This document shows, in pieces, positions 53,799-64,000 of a DNA stretch of 64,000 bases. The position numbers were made by a program, and so were the translations under genes. Source of the stretch: Octopus sinensis (lineage: Eukaryota); the NCBI RefSeq assembly GCF_006345805.1, contig NC_043024.1, forward strand, positions 2,170,001-2,234,000, written 5' to 3'. Below the pieces are notes generated by a model. The model did not search any database. It was given only the letters and a program-made list of their open reading frames with translations, and was not told where the DNA came from. The number at the start of each line of letters is the position of its first letter. Position 1 is the first letter of the stretch.

Positions 53799-54629
53799 AA
53801 ATGATGATGATGATATATATATAAGTAGCTTGTTTACCAACCACATGGTTCCGGGTTCAGTCCCACTGCGTGGCACCTTGGGCAAGTGTCTTCTGCTATA
53901 GCCTCAGGCCGACCAAAGCCTTGTGAGTGGATTTGGTAGACAGAAACTGAAAGAAGCCTGTCGTATATATGTATATATATATTATATGTATGTGTGTGTA
54001 TGTTTGTGTGTCTGTGTTTGTCCCACTAGCATTGCTTGACAACTGATGATGCTATGTTTACGTCCCGTCACTTAGCGGTTTGGCAAAAGGGGACCGATAG
54101 AATAAGTACTGGGCTTATAAAAGAATAAGTCCCGGGGTCGAGTTGCTCGACTAAAGGCGGTGCTCCAGCATGGCCGCAGTCAAATGACTGAAACAAGTAA
54201 AAGAGTAAAGAGTATATATATACAGGGTGTGGCAGTAAGGTTGCCCTGATTTCAAAGGTCAATAATTTGAAATTAGGGCAACGTTTCTGCTGCACCCTGT
54301 TTGTAATAAATTTATATATATATATATATATATCACATGTGATCACGTGACCAACCAGACCATCAGATGTTACACATCGCTGGTCACAATGCGCTCCGCA
54401 TTGTTTTAGCCTTCGAATGACGCCACCCTGCTGGCTAAGCGAGCAGGCCAACAGAAGAAAGAGTGGGAGAAAGAGTACAGCAGGGATCACCACCACCCCC
54501 TGCCAGAACCTCGTGGAGCTTTTAGGTGTTTTCGCTCAATAAACACTCACAACGCCCGGTCTGGGAATCGAAACTGCGATCCTATGACCGCAAGTCCGCT
54601 GCCCTAACCACTGGGCCATTGCGGCACCA

Positions 54630-54847
54630 TATATATATGTATATATATATATGTATATGTATATATATATATGTATATATGTATGTATATATATATGTAT
54701 GTATATATATATATGTATGTATATATATATGTATATATATATATGTATGTATATATATATGTATATATATATATGTATGTATATATATATATGTATATAT
54801 ATATATGTATATATATATGTATATATGTATGTATATATATATGTATG

Positions 54848-54887
<40 letters not shown>

Positions 54888-55633
54888 TATGTATATATAT
54901 ATGTATGTATATATATATATGTATATATATATGTATGTATATATATATATGTATATATATATGTATGTATATATATATGTATATATATATGTATGTATAT
55001 ATATATGTATATGTATGTATATATATATGTATATATATGTATGTATATATATATGTATATATATGTATGTATATATATATATATGTATATATATGTATGT
55101 ATATATATATATATATATGTATGTATATATATATATATGTATATATATGTATGTATATATATATATATATGTATGTATATATGTATATATATATATATGT
55201 ATGTATATATGTATATATATATGTATGTATGTATATATGTATATATATATGTATGTATGTATATATGTATATATATATGTATGTATGTATATATGTATAT
55301 ATATATGTATGTATGTATATATGTATATATATATGTATGTATATATATATGTATGTATATATATATGTATGTATATATGTATATATATATGTATGTATGT
55401 ATATATGTATATATGTATGTATGTATATATGTATATATATATGTATGTATGTATATATGTATATATATATGTATGTATATATGTATGTATATATATATGT
55501 ATGTATATATATGTATATATATCTATGTATGTATATATATATGTATGTATATATATGTATATATATATGTATGTATATGTATATATATATGTATGTATAT
55601 ATATATGTATGTATATATATATATATGTATATA
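54630..55633. repeat. ~1 kb (TA)n/(TATG)n compound microsatellite
   Basis: Visible simple repeats; source of spurious ORFs. Confidence 0.95.
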
Positions 55634-56932
55634 TCGTGATCATCCTCATTTAACATCCATTTTCCATGCTAGCATGGGTTAGGCTATGCAGAAGATTGTA
55701 CTAGGCTTCACTGTCTGTTTTGGCAGGGTTTTTACAGCTGGATGCCTTTCCTAACACCAACCCTTTATTTTTTTTTATTATTTGTTTCAGTCATGTGACT
55801 GTGGCCATGCTGGAGCACGGCCTTTAGTCGAGCTAATCGACCCAGGACTTATTCTTTGTAAGCCTAGTAATTATTCTATCGGTCTCTTTTGCTGAAACCG
55901 CTAAGTTACGGGGACATAAAGATACCAGCATCGGTTGTCAAGCGATGTTGGGGGGACAAACACAGACACAAACATATACACACACACATATGTCAGGCTT
56001 CTTTCAGTTTCCATCTGCCAAATCCACTCACAAGGCTTTGGTTGTCTCGAGGCTATCGTGGAAGACACTTGCTCAAGGTGCCATGCAGTGGGACTGATCC
56101 CAGAACCATATTGTTGGAAAGCAACATTTTTACACACAGCCACTCCTGTGACTATATATATATATATATATATATAATCATATATAATCATCATTGTTTT
56201 AACAATCCACTTTTCCATGCTTGCAAGGGGTGGATAGAATTTGCTGAGTCAGATTTTCTGTGGCTGGGTACCTTTCCTGATGCCAACCCTTACCCATTTC
56301 CAAATAAGATGATATTTCCCCCGTGATTAGGTATTTTACGATGTCAAGGTAAGGAGAGAGTAACACATGCACACACTCGCATATGCACCTACACGCACAA
56401 GATGGGCTTCTTTCAGTTTCCTTCTCCCAAATCTACTTACAGGGCTTTGGTCAACCTAAGGCTGTAGTAGAAGACACTTGTCCGGGGTGTTATGCAGTGG
56501 GACTGAACCCAGAAGGATGCGGTTCAGAAAGAAGCTTCTTAACCACATAGACATATACATATGTGTGTGTGTGTTGTTCCCCGCCTCCACCACTACAGCT
56601 TCACAACGAAAGTTCGTTTGATTATGCCTCGGTAACTTAGCAGTTCAGCAAAAGTTATCGATAAAATATGTGCCTGACTTAAAAAGCAAAAAAAAAAGGT
56701 AGTACTGGGGTGTCAGTTTGTTTGATTAAAACCCATCACTGCCTTCAAAGCAGTGCTCCAGTATGGCCACGGCGCAGTGGCTGAGAATAAGTAAAAGATA
56801 GAAAAGTAAGAGACTGATTTGGAAATATTTGGCTGCTATTTCTAGCAGGTCAAACAACCACAGCCAGGCCCTTCCTTCTTGGCTCTTGGCTTTTTTTTGT
56901 GTAATAAAAGTTGCTACGTCTGCTGTCAAGAG

Positions 56933-57053
56933 GAGGAGGTGAGAGTGAGTAGGAGTAGGAGGTGATAGTGAGAAGGAGTAGGAGGTGAGAGTGAGAAGGA
57001 GTAGGAGGTGATAGTGAGAAGGAGTAGGAGGTGATAGTGTGAAGGAGTAGGAG
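56933..57053. repeat. 23-bp purine-rich tandem repeat x5
   Basis: aggaggtga(t/g)agtgagaaggagt. Confidence 0.8.
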
Positions 57054-58636
57054 TGAAATACATGAAAAGCTGCTAATTGCCGAGTTCATGATGGCGGCGG
57101 TGGAGGGGTGACAGAATAGTTGTGATATACATTTCTGTTTTTTAAATGGATTCTTCCACATTGAAAATAGAATCTCCACCCACATTGCGACCATATTTCT
57201 GTTCCCCTTCCATTTTTCATTTCTTTTCATTGAAATTCTCATTCGTAATCGTCCCACATTCCAATCCCTTCTTCCCTGGGCTTCCCCTTTTACCCATAGT
57301 GCATAGTTCCTCCCTCCCTTCTCCTCCTCTGCATTTCTCTCTCCCCCTTCCACTCTGCATCTTTTTTTTAGTCTGCTTGCCTGACTGCCTGCCTCTTTAT
57401 ATATATTTTTTGTCCCTCAGTTCCTTCCTTCCATCTTCTGCTGATCCCTCTTTCATCTTCTGTCTGCCCCCTGTCAATCTCATTCTGTCCCTTTCTTCCC
57501 TTTTAATCCACATCTATGTCTTTTGTCCTTTATAGCTTTTACTTGCTTCAGTCATTTTGACTGTGTGGCCATGCTGGGGCACCACCTTTTTGTCAAAGAA
57601 ATTAACCCCTGGACTTATTCTTTGTAAGCCTGGTGCTTATTCTATCAGTCCTTTCTGCTGAACCGCTAAGTTTGTACCCCCACCATCGCTTGACAACCGA
57701 TGGTGGGGGTACACACACACATACATACATATATATATATATACAAACTAGGACAGGAACGCAAGACATTTAGAAGACAACACAAAAAACACAGATGGGT
57801 CATTCGAAGCCTTTAATCTTCGGTCAAGAACTGGATCATCCTCGCAATTTCGGCTGATTAATCTTGAGATTGCTCCAATCTGATCAGCCCCATATATATA
57901 TTATGAAAGGATTCTTTCAGTTTCCGTCTACCAAATCCACTCACAAGGCTTTGGTCAGCTCAAGGCTATATTAGAAGACATTTGCTCAAGGTGCCACGTA
58001 GTGGGACTGAACCCAGAACCATGTGGTTGGGAAGCAAACTTCTTGCCACATGTGTGCACATGCACACAATGAGCTTCTTTCAGTTTCTGTTCACCAAATC
58101 CACTCACAAGTCTTCGGTCAACCTGATGCTATAGTAGAAGACACTTGCCCTAGGCGCCATGCAGTAGAACTAAACTGGGAACCATGCTTCTTATCATACA
58201 CAGCCATACCTGCACCTACATATATATATATGTGACCTCGTGTGTACCGCTGGCGATTTTTTTCCTCTGTCTCCCCTTCTCTGGATCTTTCCTTCTCCTA
58301 TGTTTCCGACAAAGAGCTCCACTCGAAATGTTAAACCCTCCTCCTTTCCTTCTTTCCTAAACGTCCAATAATACTATATTTGTTCCACATCCTTGCGTTG
58401 TTGTGTTTTTTTGTGCTTTCTTGTTTGGATTAACTTTATATATATATAGGGAAAGTTTATGAAAATAAACAAAAGACGAAGGCAGGTGGAGTACAAACAA
58501 ACAAATGTATTAGTATAGCGCTCAGGAATAGAAAAAGTCTTTTATGTTTCGAGCCTATGCTCTTCTACAGAAAGATACACAGAAAAAAAACAAGGAAAGA
58601 AAAAAATGCATGTAGGAGCTAACGATCTATCATGGC

Positions 58637-58735
58637 ATCCTGAGGCATCAGATGTTGTGTGCAAGAGAGAAGACTGCACTGGTTTGGTCATGTGCTGCAT
58701 ATGGATGAGGACAGATGCATAAAGAAGTGCAAGAC
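58637..58735 (+). mobile_element. RTE ORF2 C-terminal fragment
   Basis: LRGIRCCVQERRLHWFGHVLHMDEDRCIKKC parallels LRSISCGVQERRLRWYGHVARMDEDRCVRKC of the 20-23 kb LINE. Confidence 0.7.
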
Positions 58736-59144
58736 CAATACAGTCTGCATGGGTATTTGTGTGTGTGTGTATATAATACATACTATGAAAGACTGTAGGG
58801 AATATTTTTTTGTATGACTTACAGGTTTGGTCGCTGTTTAGATACATATTTAGGAATTGGTTATAGATTTACTTATTGAATTTATTTATCGATACAGTTG
58901 TACAGTGTGTAAATGTGTTTGAAAGTTGTGGTTTCTTTGGTGTGTTTGTTCCCAAACAACACTTATTTTAGTGCTGTTGACACCACTGAATTGAATGGTA
59001 CTGCTCAGGTGTCGAAACCATAATGATATAAGTGAGGCAGCTGATGATGGACCTATGTTGGATTGTTGGTAATGCTGTTTTTGTATATGTGGAATAGTAT
59101 TATAACACATCCTTTTGATATATATACATACATTCAAACACACA

Positions 59145-60120
59145 CACACATGTATACATATGTATGTGTGTGTGGATAAATATATGTATATATATGTGAT
59201 TATATATATAGATATGTGTGTGTATGAATATATATAGATATGTGTGTGTATGAATATATATAGATATGTGTGTGTATGAATATATGTAGATATATGTGTA
59301 TATGAATATATGTAGATATGTGTGTATATGAATATATGTAGATATGTGTGTATATGAATATATGTAGATATGTGTGTATATGAATATATGTAGATATGTG
59401 TGTATATGAATATATATAGATGTGTGTGTGTATGAATATATATAGATATGTGTGTATATGAATATATATAGATGTGTGTGTGTATATGAATATATATAGA
59501 TGTGTGTGTGTATGAATATATATAGATGTGTGTGTATGAATATATATAGATATGTGTGTATATGAATATATATAGATGTGTGTGTGTATATGAATATATA
59601 TAGATGTGTGTGTGTATGAATATATATAGATATGTGTGTGTATGAATATATATAGATGTGTGTGTGTATGAATATATATAGATATGTGTGTATATGAATA
59701 TATATAGATGTGTGTGCGTATGAATATATATAGATATGTGTGTGTATGAATATATAGATGTGTGTGTGTATGAATATATATAGATATGTGTGTGTATGAA
59801 TATATATAGATATGTGTGTATATGAATATATATAGATGTGTGTGTGTATATGAATATATATAGATGTGTGTGTGTATGAATATATATAGATATGTGTGTG
59901 TATGAATATATATAGATGTGTGTGTGTATGAATATATATAGATATGTGTGTATATGAATATGTGTGTGTGTGTATGTATGAATATATGTGTGTGTATATG
60001 AATATATGTATGTGTTGTATGAATATATATTTGCATGTAAACATGTTTAGGTGTATGTATGAGTATATATATATATATATATATATTTCTGTATACATGT
60101 GTATGTGTGTGTGTGTATAT
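59145..60120. repeat. ~24-bp TA/TG-derived minisatellite
   Basis: gtgtgtatgaatatatatagatat units. Confidence 0.9.
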
Positions 60121-60183
60121 ATCTGTATTTCCTTTGTTACCAATTTCTAATCTTTCTCTTTTTTTCTTCCTCTTCCTCTGCAG

Positions 60184-61069
60184 TTCTCTTCATCTCAGTT
60201 GTTTCCACGAAATGTCCAAAGACATCTACAAAGAGATCATAAGCAATTCCTGTCGCCACATCTGCAAGCTGAACTTGAACCACTGTTACTGGCTCCCGGC
60301 TCAGGTCGTTACCGAAATGGTGCTCAAGTGTCAGAAGGTCACCGACCTGCACCTGATAGAATGCAAACTCCGATCTCACCAACTCGTTCAGATCCTCGCA
60401 AAGAACCAACTGATCCGAGTATTTTCCTGCTCAATCGCCAGTATCACAGACATAACGGAACAAGTGATGCGGAACAAGGCGGCACAGAATACACTCTGGC
60501 ACCTGAAGAAACTCTGTCTCCATTTCAAACAGGAGACCTGTAAGTTGGATTTGTCCGTTTCGGTGAATTTTGTTCACAACACTTCTTTGTTTCATTACTG
60601 TGGCAACCTGGAGAGTTTACGCGTTCTGGGCACGCCACATAGGGGATTACCGAAAGACATGCTCAGCCCGCTGATCTTGAATGTAAATAACTTCCAGAGA
60701 ATCAAAGAACTGGCCATAAACGATGCCGCCGATCCGGCTGCTCGGATTTTCTTCTTCGGAACTTTATTGGAATTGTGTAAAGTCGACCTCCACCTGAAGA
60801 CTCTGTTGAAGCCGATGGCTAACCTGACGACCAAACCATATTTTGCAAATATTTTCAAAAACATGTCGGAGATGGAGAACTTGGATCTGTCTCGGTCTAA
60901 CATCGAGGTTCCGATGGATATGATTAAATGGGAAGAAGCTGTGAATTTGCGACATTTGAACTTGTTAGAGAACATCAAGATAAATAGCGAACAGTTGTCC
61001 ACGTTAGCTGGTTTGTGTCCTCACATCATTAGCCTCAATCTTCAATACTGTATCTCATCTTTCCAAGCG
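60184..61069 (+). CDS. FBXL18: Large internal exon of an F-box/LRR-type protein, most similar from memory to FBXL18
   Basis: Polypyrimidine cag| at 60183, donor gcg|gtaggt at 61069; LRR-like repeats (KLNLNHCYWLP, ENLDLSRSNI, RHLNLLEN, ISLNLQYC); the CYWLP segment recalls FBXL18; F-box exon not found, so the symbol is tentative. Confidence 0.6.
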
Positions 61070-61379
61070 GTAGGTGACCCTTTTCATTTTTCATTTTTGT
61101 TTTTGTATGTTTTTATATACTCTTTTATTTGTTTCACTACCCCACACATGTATTTATATGTTACCCTTGTTATTTATATCTCTTGATTTGGTTTCTTGTG
61201 TACCACTAATTGCATTTAATTACATTGTTAACTAGATGTTTTCTGACGAGTTTGTTGAGCACTCTCACAAACTGCTCTGCAAAAAATACAGCTAGATGTA
61301 TTTTGTGAAGTATCTTATTTGAGAACTGTCTTATTCAAGAGTGCTTGTGCAGGCCCATTTTTATGAATATATGTACTCA

Positions 61380-61563
61380 TAGGTGCAGGAGTGGCTGTGT
61401 GGTAAGTAGCTTGCTTACCAACCACATGGTTCCGGGTTCAGTCCCACTGTGTGGCATCTTGGGCATGTGCCTTTTACTATAGCCTCGGGCCGACCAAAGC
61501 CTTGTGAGTGGATTTGGCAGAGGGAAACTGAAAGAAGCCCGTCGTATATATATATATGTATAA

Positions 61564-61609
<46 letters not shown>

Positions 61610-61810
61610 TTATGTGTCTGTGTTCGTCCCCCTAGCATAACTTGACAACCAATGCTGTTGTGTTTACGTCCCCATCACTTAGCGGTTCGGCAGAAGAGAC
61701 CGATAGAATAAGTACTAGACTTACAAAGAATAAGTCCTGAGGTCGATTTGCTCGACTAAAGGCGGTACTCCAGCATGGCCACAGTCAAATGACTGAAACA
61801 AGCAAAAGAG
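61380..61810 (+). mobile_element. Full-length family-1 SINE
   Basis: As 26390-26794. Confidence 0.85.
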
Positions 61811-62117
61811 CATACATACGCGCACATATGAAAAATATAAACACACACACACACACACTTCTGCATCATGGGTTTTGCTCGTGTTTGTATATGTGCATAT
61901 AATTATTTATTGGATTTCAGAGATTTTTGACACCAAACTTCGTCAGTGGAGTCGTAAGTTCATAAGCTGAAATACATGTTTTTTCTGTGAATTATATGAT
62001 GTCAAATGGTTCTTCTGTGAATCATATGTCACAAGTATGTGCTATGCATATTTATCTGTGTAGGTAGGGAATCCAGTATAAGTTCAGGGGAGTATATATC
62101 TTTGATGCATAATATAC

Positions 62118-62510
62118 ATCATCATCATCATCGTTTAACGTCCGCTTTCCATGCTAGCATGGGTTGGACGGTTTAACTGGGGTCTGGGAAGCCCGAAGGC
62201 TACACCAGGCTCCAGTCTGATCTGGCAGTGTTTCTACAGCTGGATGCCCTTCCTAACGCCAACCACTCCACAAGTGTAGTGGGTGCTTTTTATGTTCCAC
62301 CGACACAGGTGCCAGACGAGGCTGGCGAACAGCCACGCTCGGATGGTGTTTTTTACGTGCCACCGGCATGGAGGCCAGGCGAGGCTGGTACGGCCACGCT
62401 CGGATGGTGTTTGTTATGTGCCACCAGCACGAAGGCCAGTCGATGCGGTACTGGCTACGGCCACGTTCGGATGGTTATCTTATGCGCCACCGGCACTGGT
62501 ATCACAAAAC
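62118..62510 (-). mobile_element. RTE 3'-UTR derivative with internal ~50-bp tandem repeats
   Basis: (atc)n tail plus repeats of gtgtttttacgtgccacc..gaggctgg..gccacgctcggatg. Confidence 0.8.
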
Positions 62511-62539
62511 TACAAATTCCATTGATGTTCATCCAAAAC

Positions 62540-63150
62540 CTTGTCCCAAGTATGAATTGTTGCTTGTACATGCATGGGGAGAAGGTTTCCTCCCTAATAT
62601 TTAAAACATTTTCTATTTATGTTATATTCAATTTTTCGATGATAGAGAATTTGCATTTACTGTTCCGTCTCCTATATTTGTTTCCTTTACTATGATTCTC
62701 CAGTTTGTATGGGGGTGGGGTTTGTTCATGTTCCTATCTTTAAGTGTTCATACAATTTCGATAAAGATGTGTTCCTTTTGTTTGGTCTTTGAATGAAGTT
62801 AAATGTTATATATATCTCTCCTTAAAGGTGTTTCCTGTCATTCCAGTGTAAGTTTTTGTTACTGGCCTTGTACACTAGTTCTTTTTTCTAGGAACCTGTA
62901 TGTAGTTCAGGGGACAGTTGATGGAGATCTACAATTACAGGATCCTTTGTGGGTATTCCTAATGTTGTTATTCTCATTGTAACTGAAAAAAATCATCGAT
63001 CCTCTGTTGGGGAGGCAACTATAGCTAACTTTAACTGTATTTCTATTGAAGATCTTGCAGTATTTATGTGAATGTGGGGAGTGAGTACCTCTGATCTTCA
63101 GAAATTTTCTAGCTATATTTGTAAGCACAGTCGTGTTGTATGGAGGATTA
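62540..63150 (-). mobile_element. Decayed Penelope-like element: linker and GIY-YIG endonuclease
   Basis: NPPYNTTVLTNIARKFL..HKYCKIFNRNTVKVSYSCLPN..CNCR..(N)CPLN, then across frameshifts LVYKA, TYTGMTGNTFKERY.*HLTSF, KCKFSIIEK..LNIREE..PC. Confidence 0.75.
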
Positions 63151-63232
63151 TCCATACAGCAAAGATACACACAGACACACACACTCTGATGATGGGCTTC
63201 TTCAGTTTCCATCTCTCAGATTCATTCACAGT

Positions 63233-63536
63233 GGAGGCACATGGCCTAGTGGTTAGAGCAGAGGACTCGCGGTCGAGGGGTCATGGGTTCGAATCTCAGA
63301 CCGGGCGACGTGTGTGTTTATGAGCAAAACACCTAAGCTCCACGCGGCTCCGGCAGAAGGTAATGGCGAACTTCTGTTGACTCTTTCACCACAACTTTCT
63401 CTCACTCTTTCCTCCTCCTGCATCATGCAGCTCACCTGCGAGGGACCGGCGTTCCGTCCAGCTGGGGGAACCTATACGCCAAGGAAACCGGGAAACCGGC
63501 CCTTATGAACCAGGCATGGCTCAAGAAGGAATAAAT
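63233..63536 (+). mobile_element. Family-2 SINE with tail type C
   Basis: Family-2 head; tail gaccggcgttccgtccag..ggaaaccggcccttatga also present on the family-4 SINE at 48780-49020. Confidence 0.75.
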
Positions 63537-64000
63537 TCATTCAGAGGGCATTGTCTTTCTCTGGGCTGTAGTTGAAGACAATTGCTCAAGATGCTGCTCA
63601 GTGGGGACTGAGCCATGCTTGAGCTTATAAATATAAAATATTTTATGAATTTGTTTGTCAGCCTTGTATAGTCCCCACCCCCCACTGCCATTGCACAATT
63701 CTTCTTTGTATTATTCTAGTTTTTAACCCCCACCCCCTATATTGCCAGCCCTCCCTCCCTTCCACTACATACTAACTGACTCATGTCACACACTGCTTCT
63801 CACACAAATTCTCTCCTCCCTCTCTCTCTCTCCTTCTCTTTCCCCCCCTCAATCACAGCCCCCCTCACCTCATTCTTCTTCACCTCTTCTACTTCCTGTT
63901 TTTTGTAATCTTTATAATGGATTGATGTCAGTGTAAAACTCTGTGTGTGTGTGTGTATATATATATACACACACCACACACACATATATATATACACACA

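Noticed and set aside
54526-55682. Five overlapping 320-375 aa ORFs (YIYM-rich); similar ORFs at 59100-60143, 41415-42203, 45146-45585, 33190-33680
   Set aside because: Stop-free translations of TA/TG microsatellites
59011-59060. GAAAC...gaggcagCTGATGA possible type II hammerhead (similar at 40886-40925)
   Set aside because: No UH cleavage triplet closing stem III and poor stem II; at most a decayed PLE-type terminus

Overview
AT-rich, repeat-dense eukaryotic DNA, very likely from an Octopus species (inferred from the long tandem C2H2 zinc-finger genes, the tRNA-derived SINE families and the microsatellite load). Left half: a minus-strand C2H2-ZNF cluster. Two paralogues (31 and 19 finger units) sit in a tandem ~11-12 kb duplication that also carries their non-coding first exon, promoter and a Tc1 remnant. 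A third, more diverged ~17-finger gene has four frameshifts, and there are scrambled plus-strand ZNF remnants. Right half: BCS1L (4 coding exons, + strand, two 1-nt frameshifts that look like consensus errors) and one large exon of an FBXL18-like LRR gene. Intergenic and intronic space holds SINEs, a 5'-truncated RTE LINE and its many short 3' derivatives, CR1/L2 fragments, mariner and Tc1 remnants, Helitron-like and MULE-like MITEs, and a decayed Penelope-like (GIY-YIG) element. The most notable signal is absent from the ORF track: several hammerhead-ribozyme folds of the minimal, Penelope-associated type. Two have a canonical core and lie in sense ~2.0 kb downstream of each ZNF stop codon; core-variant ones lie in ZNF intron 1 and in dispersed repeats. 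Repeat boundaries were read by eye and are approximate, and no database searches were run.
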